Shown here in pieces: positions 23,015 through 56,875 of a DNA stretch of 64,000 nucleotides. Positions within the stretch are counted from its first letter, which is position 1; each line of letters begins with the position of its first letter. The stretch spans positions 25,854,001-25,918,000 of the forward strand of contig CAIIXF020000001.1 of assembly GCA_903813345.2 (NCBI GenBank), written 5' to 3'. The position numbers were made by a program, and so were the translations under genes. This stretch comes from Owenia fusiformis (taxonomy: Eukaryota). The notes under the pieces are model-generated. The model did not search any database and had not been told where the DNA came from. It saw nothing but the letters and a program-made list of their open reading frames with translations.

Positions 23015-26000
23015 TTATCTTCTTCTTCTTGGTATGGGGATATCCTCCACAACCATACTGCTGGAGAGGAGGTCATAGGCAGATCTTTTATGTTGGAAAA
23101 ACAATGATGTGAAGCAAACAGGGAAAAAGAATGCCATCGAAAAGTTTTTAATTGTACTTCTGACCAGTGCACTGAAATTAAAATAAATGTAATTGTTTAG
23201 ATCTGACAGTGTTCCAAAATACAGTAATCAGTCTCTGTAACTAATCCAACTACGATATCTACTTTTTTTGTCCCATACTCTTTAGTCTTTATAACATTAA
23301 AAAATTACATACATTTACTCATATACATGTATTAGGAGATGGCTGAAGACTGGATGCAAGACTACAAAGGATTAATAAATGTATCATATGTACATACTTG
23401 ACTTAATTTAGCAATTACTCATTTCAAACTTACTTCCAAATGCCTATATTCCCATTTGGGACAACTCTTATAACACTATTGGGCAGCTCTAACACATGGT
23501 CACATGACACAACTCGGATTCCTGCGATTCTCTTCCCAGGAGTTTGGCCTCCAATTTCATTCACCATGCCTCTGTGTAAGCAAAATGTCTAGAAGAAAAA
23601 CAAAACCTTCCCTCAGTTTATACTATTACACAAAAAAGTTATTCAAGGCATTAACATGACAAAATGTCACCACCTAGTTGCTCACAATATAATGAGTTCA
23701 ATCTAAGGTCGGATTTGAATTTCTGAGAACTTGTAGATGACTTTGAAGAAATAAATTGGTGAATTTGAAGCAAGTTAAAAAAATTTTTGAACATAACAAG
23801 GTCATTGAAGGTGAAATCTCAAATCTATAGTCAGATTTGAACTTCTGAGAACTTGTAGATGATTTTGAAAAAAAATTGGTCAATTTGAAGCAAGATGAAA
23901 AAATTTTTTTGATCATGAGAAGGTCACTGAAGGTCAAATCTAAAGTCAGATTTGAACTTCTGATAACTTGTAGATAATTTTGAAAAAAAGATTGGTCAAT
24001 TTGAATCAAGTTGAAAAAAGACCTTTTTGACCTTGAGAAGGTCATTGTAGGTCAAATCTTTTATGACCTTGAGAATGTCATTGAATGTCAAATCTATAGT
24101 CAGATTTGAACTTTTGAGAACTTGTAGATGATTTTGAAGAAAAAGATAGGTCAATTTGAAGCAAGTTGAAAAAAAGACCTTTTTTGGAAGGTCAAATCTT
24201 TTTTGACCTTGAGAATGTCATTGAATGTCAAAACTATAGTCAGATTTGAACTTTTGAGAACTTGTAGATGATATTGAAAAAAATTGGTCAAATTGAAGCA
24301 AGTTAAAAAATACCTTTTTGACCTTGAAAAGGTCATTGAAGGTAAAATCTTTAATATAAAGCCAGATTTGAACTTCTGAAAACTTGTATCATTTTCAAAA
24401 AAATTGAAGTCAGCCTAAACGGTATTTGTTAAGTTATTGGAAGTTGGAAGAATTTGTTACAGACGCCAACCACCAACCGCCGTCAAAAAAACAGAGACCA
24501 TAACAATATGTCAACACTTTTTGGTGGTGACATAAAAATTATATGTAAACAATCGTGGATAGTATCCAAATGTCAACACTTATAAAAAGACAAAGTTAAT
24601 TTAATTCATGATTAAAAATCAACATACTGTACTTCATTAATGAAATATACTGATATATATTTTTCTATTATCATTTTTATCTAATATAACATATTGTAAC
24701 ATACACTTTTTTAAAATTTCACCAATTTATGTACATTTTCCTTGTGTGATTATAAAATACAGTAATTAAACATACAAAAACCATTGTTGTTATTTAGGCT
24801 TACTTCAAAAATTATGACAAAGATTCTATTCAGGACTTCGACAGCTATGAGTTCATTCATGAGACTGAGAATCTTCTCTGGGTCCACTTCTTCACTGCTC
24901 AATAGCATCATGTAGTCTAGATCATACCTCTCTAGGTTCCTATAATGAAAAACATGAAACTGCAATACTGTACATGGATGGTACAAGTTGGTGCTGCACC
25001 CATTTGAGATTTTGAACTCATTATCACCAACTTGAAAATGTGAGAAACTGCATATTCCAACCATAAGAATTTGCAATCTGGTGAGAATTCTGTCGAGGTA
25101 GCACTATCTAAGGGAACACATAATATTATTCACATCCTTTGGGCTCCTCAGCCTACAGTATAGTACAGGCTTGGCTACAAAATGGAAGTAGAAGTGTATT
25201 ATACTATAAAACAAGCTTTTCAGGGTCATTCTTATTCCAGTTACCCATCTGATTAATGTTCTAAACATTTTCCTAGTGCTATTATCAGTTTTAAAGGTGT
25301 GAGTCTTACAAGTTACACTGACTTTACATTTTATTTAAATCTTGCATTTTTAAACTTACGTGTATCCAAACTTATCAATGGCAATCATTGTTGCACCCAG
25401 TTTGACGATGAAAAGGAGCAGAAAGTCAATGAATTCTGCAAATAGTCTTTTCCATATTGAAGGGATTTTGTAGTCTATACCTGTAACAAAATCATTTGTC
25501 ATACGCTGTTCAGGTATTCGAAATTAAGTACATGCAAGTGTAATAGTGTATTTAGGTACAGCCTAGATCAGTAAAATATCAAAGTTGGTCAGTTTACTCC
25601 AGTGTATTTTTCATACGTATTCTTATCGCAGATTAGGGACACATTCATGACTAGACTATATTTTACTCAATATATTTGTTCACGCATATCCTATACTGAA
25701 ATATGTTACATTTGGAAACAATATGAAAATTCTAAAACAGACATGTACATGTATATGTTACGGCTAAGTTCGGGCTAACAAGGCTACACGAATCCAGAGT
25801 CTATGGTTTTGAATGTTACATATCTTCCTTGAATAAAGTTATATAATTAGAGTACTTACTTGCAAACTGCTGTGGAGCTTGGTCTGTTTGCTGGCGCACA
25901 GCAGGTCGTCTATTCACATCATTCTGCTGCGGTATCTGGTGAGCGATGTATGGAGAGGCGGGTGGCTGAAGATTGTTCAATCTCATATTCTGTCCATTCA

Positions 26001-26202
26001 TACAACTCATTGCATGAAATGGCATCATACTAGACATCATATTCATTTGATTCCACATGTGATATTGCCAAATCCAAGTCCTCACAGCAGCTGCATATTC
26101 TTTTGCATTGACTGGGGCTGAGGTTACATTTTCGAAAGAATTATTGCAGTCAAGTCCATTCTTTGGCTCACTTGGTTCTGGCCTTATACTTTGACTATCC
26201 AT
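23015..26202 (-). CDS. FAM8A1: Protein FAM8A1 (RDD-domain ERAD/HRD1 partner); 5 exons
   Basis: Exons 26202-25860, 25480-25360, 24939-24804, 23588-23434, 23171-23015. Motifs: EYAAAVRTWIWQY, YKIPSIWKRLFAEFIDF, GGQTPGKRIAGIRVVSCD, RSTIKNFSMAFFFPVCF, HKRSAYDLLSSSMVVE. Confidence 0.92.
23644..24538. mobile_element. Helentron/pearl-like non-autonomous element with an internal degenerate tandem array
   Basis: Starts caaggcattaacatgacaaaatgtcaccacct. Holds about 5-6 copies of gtcagatttgaacttctgagaacttgtagatgattttg. Ends with the hairpin atgtcaacac-ttttt-ggtggtgacat and an A-run. A related copy lies inverted at 46071-46490. Confidence 0.65.
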
Positions 26203-26311
26203 TTTTCTTCCAATAATAGGTAATATCGATAGTATTCGAGTTTTATTGAACAAAATAAAAAATATATATTTTAGAAATTACAACTGACCGGATTACGTTC
26301 TTCGTATAAGT

Positions 26312-26322
26312 AACTTCCGGTG
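26312..26322. promoter_or_regulatory. ETS/GABP-type motif upstream of FAM8A1
   Basis: aacttccggtg about 110 bp from the ATG, with CCAAT-box-like sequences near 26403 and 26515. Confidence 0.45.
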
Positions 26323-26540
26323 GGGACCGATCATTAAAATTAGACTCGAAATGTCTTATGAACCTGTTTTACACGCATGGATCTTGATTCCCATGCATTT
26401 TTCATTGGTCTAACTCAATGCCGAATCGGAATATTGGACTTTGATATCCTATTTATTCGATTGACTGAGATTCTAGGTGAAAATGAAGACTTCCTGTCTG
26501 ATAAAACTGAATGGGATTGGGATTTTTACTTTGAGAATTG

Positions 26541-26656
26541 TTACCCCTTTCGGGGTTAGAAAAATAAGTCTATAGACTCATTATAATGTTCCTCTCCACG
26601 GAAATCTTTAGTAAAAGGCGAAAGATTTATGCGTGGATGAAGAGAAACCAGAGTGC
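26541..26656 (-). ncRNA. RNU5: U5 spliceosomal snRNA
   Basis: Minus strand reads actctggtttctcttcatccacgcataaatctttcGCCTTTTACtaaagatttccgtggagaggaac, which matches metazoan U5 including invariant loop 1. A U-rich Sm-like site and a terminal ACCCC-GAAA-GGGGT hairpin follow. Confidence 0.95.
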
Positions 26657-28485
26657 CTTGAAAAGAAAATTTTGGATATATAAATAATCCTTGTAGCAAT
26701 AAAATATGGTGTTTTATTAAAAGTGCTTACATATTTATCAGGTTTAAAACAAGTATGAAAACACAAAGTTATTTATGATTGTGTTCAGCAGTTTTGTCAA
26801 AAATGTAATGACAATTTGGTATAAAAATCTTTTGGTTTTACTGAAGGAACAAATTGATACACTGGCTTTTTGATAACACTATATTTTTACATCCAGGATC
26901 CCATACATTTAGTCATTCAAACAATTTTCGTTTTGCCTTTGAAAAGTAGTCAAGCTTCAAGCCCTTGTAAGCCCTCCCCCTCCCATCGGACATACCTTGT
27001 GTTGGTGACATATAAAGTGGGGGCACAAAAGCTTTCGAACCCCTCACTCCCTTCGGTCGTTTGGGAAAACCTTTGTGTCTAGCCCTGTGGGGTGTATTCA
27101 ACAATATTACCCCTGCTCTTCGGTCTATATTTCTTAACTAAAACATGCGTTTTCTCTTCTTTATTTAGCTTTCTATCAGACATTGATATTTTGATGCCGC
27201 CCCTTTCAGTGACAATGTTGAATGACTCATTTGACTTGATATTATTGGCATGCAAAAGATACACTCCTCTACCATAAGTTTTCAATGGATAGCCAATTTA
27301 TGTTTAATAATTTTGATCCTAATAGACTAGATGCGAGTAGAAACAATCTTGATATTTATCATGAAAATTCAAATGTGACTTCTTAGTCAGGGAGATTCCC
27401 AATAGACCCCATTATATAAAAATCACAAAAAGTGAAATATATTTTTTTGTATTGGAAAAATAATATTTTCTTTTATTGGATCTATTTTAATTTCTATAAC
27501 AATCAGATACACAAGGGTAATATGAAAAATGAACCACTAAAACTTATGAATATTCAAGTATAAGGGAACTTTCTAAATACCTGCCATGTTATCGGACCCA
27601 AATGAGCCACCTGGTGATGAAACTGCTAACTACCTACTCGCATCTGAGTTATTACAAAATTTATGACGAGGAATTGATGAATTTTTTAAATCTCCAAATA
27701 TAATCAGGCTTTCATCTGTGATTCAATAGGGACTTCTGGTTTCTGGTTGGAGGGGAATATTTGTTTGTTCTCCTTTGTAATTTTTGTGTCACTCTCTTGT
27801 AAATTCATAATCTTATACATGTTATAAAACTCAAAAAACTTCACTTGGAATATGGTCCAGTTATTTAATTCTTACCAACTAAAGATTTGCTGGATTATGT
27901 TTATCATTTTGATGATGATGGCCTGTAAAGGGTTGACATACCAACTTATATGCTCTATTTTGTAGGAAAATAATTTCCATTACTCATGGGACACTATGTA
28001 TCTAACTTATTTGATCCACATTCTTTTGATAATTTACCAATTTCAAGCAATTTTTGTCAAGGATGCTCGCTAGATCTGAACCTTTAACAAACTAGAATAT
28101 AACACTGTTTTGCCAAAGTGCACATTTTATTTATTCAGTATTAAATATTATATTATTCCAAACTGAACATTTAAAAATCTACAAAGTTGCATATTGACTC
28201 ATAGAATACAATATTGTACATCAATGTAAAGATATTTTGAATTCCTAACAATTTTGCATACCAGTGTATTATCATGGTTTATCCTCAACAAGAACATTCT
28301 ATTACACAATTTGTAAAGTCAGAAGTTTGGGTGTAATTTTAAATATCTGAGAAATAAATGTTTTGTTCTTCCTGAGTCTGACACTCCTGACTTTATATAA
28401 TATTTTAGGTGATGTCATTTTTTTCATTTTTCAAAAAGATATAGGCTACATTTGGACGAGGGAATATGTGAAACTATTCTTGTAA

Positions 28486-28765
28486 ATCAATGATAACAGT
28501 GATATAATAGCCATTTATGCTCAGCTGAACCCTGGAGTCCACCTTCTTAAATGTATTTTTGATATACAAAATTATAATTTATGTTGATTTCAGCTATACA
28601 TGTCAATTCATGACAACAATTTTCTTGTTCATCAATGATAACAGTGATATAATAGCCATTTATGCTCAGCTAGAACCCTGTAACCCCCTTCTTTAATGTA
28701 ATTTTAATTTATAAAATTATAATTTATGTTGTTGTCAGTTATACATGTTAATTCATGACAACATT
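28486..28765. repeat. Two-copy tandem duplication, ~145-bp period
   Basis: atcaatgataacagtgatataatagccatttatgctcagct occurs at 28486 and 28631. Confidence 0.85.
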
Positions 28766-29098
28766 TTGATTCATACCAATAGTTCTGTTGTTCAGTGAGT
28801 TCATATCCTTAATGAAAATATCAACAAAGTACCAGGCTACCAGCTCTTGAAGTTTAATGGAGTTGAACTGAAGTAAAACATCCATCTTCAATAGCATATC
28901 TGATCTCACTCAGTGTCCAACATAAGATAGATATGTTTATCCCGAGAACTCTATGATCACAATATTGCAATGTAAATCATTTGAGTTCTAACTAAGTATA
29001 ATGATGATTGTAGTGAGTGTTGATCTATCTCGAATCCTGTATATTAAGATATTCTTATGAGTATCCATTATGTCCTAAATCCCAGTACAATTAGACCT

Positions 29099-31152
29099 TC
29101 ATTTGTGGCACATCTTCAAAACCTTCTGAAATGAAAATTGGTAAATTCATGAGAATTACTATTAGTACAACTTTTATATAAGTTAAGGTTCCATTTTTCG
29201 ACAACATTAACAAATATTGGGCTCCTTCAAAATCAAATTTTAAATCCAATATATACTGGCTAAGCAAACACATATGTGTACAAAGAAGTAATAATAAAAT
29301 GCATCCAGACAATAAACTGTTTTACCTTTTTCACAGCTCTCACATGTTCATCTGTGATTTTCTTTACTTTGCGTCGCTCTGCCTCTGATTTGGCTGCTTG
29401 AACTAGCCTCCTTACAAACATGACATAGTCAAGGTACATCTGAAAACAGTAACATATAGTATTAAGATAACGCTTGAAAAAGTGAAACACAAGATTACTT
29501 ACGGGTTTTGCACGACAGTTTGCTATCGGCAACAGAAATATCAATGTCGTTATAGCCAAACAATGGAATCTCACTGTCGTTCAGGCACTAGGTGTAACAA
29601 AAGATTAAATGTGAAGGAGGATTGACTCCCAGAATGCAACATCAGTTAAACTTATTTACTTGTGACAGGTTTCAAAATGGCGGAATGGCATTTTGAAAGC
29701 TGGCACGTGTCATGTTGCATTCTGGGAGCCAGAGCCAATCCTTCTTGCGGCATAATCAGGCTCCACAATCACCTCATCATTTGAAGAGTCGGCATTAACA
29801 TGTGAATATTACAGTGCTGGTATATATTAATTGATCAGTCGTTTAATTGGCATATTTTCTTGAATTTTAACATTTTATGTCCCAAACTCCCACAAACTGC
29901 AGAAAAGTATACCCCATAAATCATATTTACCAAAATGAGTGTCTCCAAGGCTTCACACCAGCGTATGCATAATGCATTTGTCACGAGTTTGAGCTGAAAT
30001 TTCTCCAAAATGAAGTAGGCTAAGGGTAGTCACTGCCAGCTTTGTTTATTGTGGTAAGCTTGTAAGTGCTCAGAAGCAACTAATTCATATGCGCAAAATA
30101 ATCAAATAATCTGATTGGTCTAAACTTTGCTGCACATGCGCACAATGTGTGCCATGTTTTTTTCTAGTGATTTCGTTTCGTTTCATGGAGTTTGCGTTTC
30201 AGTGTAACTTCCGCAAAAATGGCGTGACATGGACAGAATTAACAGGTAAAATCACTTCGAAATTTCAAGAGAACTTTTTACCTATAATAGCAAAATTTTT
30301 GTTTTATTTGTGCATTCTATCTATCAGATAAGAGTCTCAGGGGTATGTAGGCAAATTCATTTTGATAGGAGCACTCTGTTTAGTTTGAAAACGCACCCTT
30401 AATTATTATATATCAGCACTGTAGTTCAAATTTTTAAGTTTCTATTTGTCATTATGGACACAAATTCCACTATTTTTATACCTTCCGGGACGGAGAAAAT
30501 AGAGCACTCAACTCACTGAGGTAAGAATTTATGACATATGTGACAGAATGTCTTTTTCATAGTGTTAGTAATTAAGGTACAGCTGGAAAGTAACATTTTG
30601 GTAAAAAATTGCTATACCTGCACATGTTATTTTCTGGTACAAAATAAAGTATGAAGGCATGTATCAATTTCCTTACTTTTTTCAGGAAAGTATCATTACA
30701 TTGTCTTCTTTTAAAATATCTGGTAGGCGTTCAAAGGGAACTCCAGGGAATTCTGATATTTCACACTTCCTGTTTTTCCAAATTTTCTTTCAAAGTTTCC
30801 AGACAACACAGGAGCTACCATTGACCTGTTTCCAGGTTTACTAAAAGTAGACAGTGTAATGATACTTTCCTGAAAAAAGCAAGGAAATACACACATGCCT
30901 TCATACTTAATTATGTACCAGAAAATAACATGTGCAGGTATAGCAATTTTTTACCAAAATGTTACTTTCCAGCTGAACCTTAATTATGTTCACCACTTTA
31001 GTTTTTAGGAGAGTGGAATCAAATTTGAAACCCTAGAATCAATTCATCGAAATATGAATACAAACCAAAACGTCTACATTCGCCTCTAAATGTCTAGGAG
31101 TTTGTTCTTTCAATATACGCTTCAGAGTTGATCGTGGAAATGGTTTCTTCAT
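29099..31152 (-). CDS. CENPW: Centromere protein W (histone-fold), 75 aa; 3 exons
   Basis: Exons 31152-31066, 29439-29326 and 29125-29099 (all phase 0) give MKKPFPRSTLKRILKEQTPRHLEANVDVL/MYLDYVMFVRRLVQAAKSEAERRKVKKITDEHVRAVKK/KVLKMCHK*. This resembles the CENP-W pattern PR..LKR..K...LE...D.L..L....FV.RL......I..EHV.A..K. Confidence 0.82.
29626..29727. promoter_or_regulatory. Pair of inverted ZNF143/Staf-like sites flanking a YY1 motif and an E-box
   Basis: ctcccagaatgcaacat ... caaaatggcgg ... cacgtg ... atgttgcattctgggag. Confidence 0.5.
30110..30250 (+). promoter_or_regulatory. Candidate DDX24 promoter and first non-coding exon
   Basis: CCAAT box (gattgg, 30113), NRF1-like tgcacatgcgca, cttccg, YY1-like aaaatggcg, then a donor-like cag|gtaaaa at 30246. 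Confidence 0.4.
30576..30979. mobile_element. MITE with ~135-bp TIRs and a TTAA TSD (Kolobok-like GG...CC ends)
   Basis: ttaa|ggtacagctggaaagtaacattttggtaaaaaattgctatacctgcacatg... and ...catgtgcaggtatagcaattttttaccaaaatgttactttccagctgaacc|ttaa. Confidence 0.88.
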
Positions 31153-31448
31153 TGTTTAATCAACTGAAACTGAAAACAAAATTTCAAATATTTTCAAATT
31201 TTAAACCGGATGTGATCTTCAAGTGTGACACACCACATATATATCTGAATATACCTAATTTCAGCGTATTTATTAACCCAATTATCGAATAAATTTAAAT
31301 TTCTAGATGACAAGGAGCAAAAGACTATAATCGTTCAATAATCTGATAATATTCATATGTGCAATTATGATTATGTTATGATTTGTCCCTTAGTCTAATA
31401 ATTTTTATGTGGTTGCTCATAGGTCTAGATTGTTTTTAATTTTTCAAC

Positions 31449-54848
<23,400 letters not shown>

Positions 54849-56875
54849 AATGGACATTGAACATTTGTTTCCTGTAAAAGATGTAATAATTTATTAATTA
54901 GCAGAATCTATGCTAATACATACTTGATTTTATGCTCTCCATGAGGTTCTCCCTCTGTTAGGATTACACTGGCAATACCTTCAAACGATCTACATATCCA
55001 ATGATTTATTCTTTTGTTTTAGTGTTGAACATTTACATGGTCTTTCATTAAGCAAAAACCTTGTATTGAAACCAGATTGTTCATTGGGGGATGTATTTAT
55101 ACTACATGTACAAGATAAGAGGCATTTTAGTATAAAATAAATAATAAACAAACAGTTGTTACCAATTTTGTTTTGATACATTTATTTAATTATTCATTAA
55201 TGCTATCAAAATAAATTGTATATTCTAATGTATACCATACATTTAAGACAGTACCAATGTTCATGTTTTCAAACATGTAGATTTAATTATTTACTGTGTT
55301 CCATATCATATTGAGGGATTATTCTAAATAAATACAATGCTTTATCCAAATTTATCATCATTTTACATGTACAAGATATGTAGTTCAGTACTTTACATGT
55401 ATAACATAGTACAATACCTGTATAAAAAGCAATGACCATTGAACACTGTTATCATTCAATGAAAATGATAGTTTTAATTAAAACACAGAATGTTTTAATT
55501 CAAAATATGATGAAAGAATAAAATAAAAGTGAAATTAAAATTACAATATATTTTGTTGAGCCTGCAAAATAATGTGTTTTTTACGATAGTGATTTTTTAA
55601 TAAGGATTAGATTTAGCCCATCATAAGCCCTACATAAGCTTTAGCATAAGTGGACAGATCCCTCATCGAAAAATCTTTTTGAAAAAAGAAAAAAACACAA
55701 TAAGCAGTTCTACAATCAATCATCATAATGAAGTGAATCAGGTCATTAGAGTTTAATAAATCAGGTCCTAATCATCATTGTTGATTAATAATCCCTTATT
55801 AATTAAGGTCCAGTCATCACCGATTCGTGGTTCACAATTATTGTAGTTAATTTTCTCCATATTCTTGTTGATTCAAACCCATACCTAATCATTGTGTGCT
55901 AACTCAATAATCTAAATGTATTGTAAATCTCAAAACAGGGCATCTAGATTCTGTATGGTGAATCAAAAACTTATATGTAGAAACCCAAAACTTGTTATAA
56001 TCAGATAAGGTTTAATAAAGGAATGAGTTTATTTTCTACATCTGGTCTTTGCTCAATGTTCATGCTGAGCATTGCACTCTGCCCCAACTCTACATGTACA
56101 TATATTGAAGTGCAGCTACTACAGTCAGATAATTGTTTCAGACATATAAGTTTACATGTCTTTTCGTTGTTTATTTTATCTACATGTACTTCATAATATG
56201 CAAATGAACATGTTTTATTAACCCAAGGCATCTTGTGCAAGTCAAATCATCTGTATTCAGTGATAGAACAGAACAAGGCATGAATGCAGAATGTCACCAC
56301 CTGCCATTTCTGTACACTGAATGCCGACTGCCAAGCACCATCCACAAAATATTGAGACTATAACAACATTCTGGCGCTGATATGAAAACAAAATATGTGA
56401 GACTGACTAAGTTTCACCAATAACCAGTTAAGCTATCAAAAAATATCCAGATGAAAATACATTCTGGACAACAATTGCCTGTACCATATTATAATAAATT
56501 AGCAATTCACAACTAAAATCTTTATACATTGATCTTCCAAAATCAACAGCAATATTGTATCAATATAACTTTGGTTAATCAATTAAGTAACTCAATCCAA
56601 TCTCCTGCTGCCATATATGAGCTTTAAGTACAATGCTATCTATGAATATTTTGCATTGCAATGTATACAAATTGAATTATTTAAGCTTTCAGGTATTGCA
56701 TTGCAATATATAGGTATTGCATTGCAATAATGGAGGCACTATTTACCATTGATTGTTGTTTCATTTCACAACCCTACATGCATCTTTATCTAAACAATAT
56801 ATCTACATCTCATTATTTGTGCCTCAAGTTATACACTGTATAATATATCCCATAATTTCTCCATCCCATAATATG

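Noticed and set aside
23698..24336. ORFs of 115 and 61 aa
   Set aside because: Translations of the internal tandem array of a repeat element.
28486..28765. Possible duplicated C/D-box snoRNA
   Set aside because: The C box is imperfect (ATGATA), the D box is disrupted in copy 2 and there is no terminal stem. A simple duplication explains it.
55181..55215. Opposed AATAAA signals suggesting overlapping DDX24 and dystrobrevin 3' ends
   Set aside because: AATAAA is frequent by chance in this AT-rich region, so the claim cannot be supported without 3'-end data.
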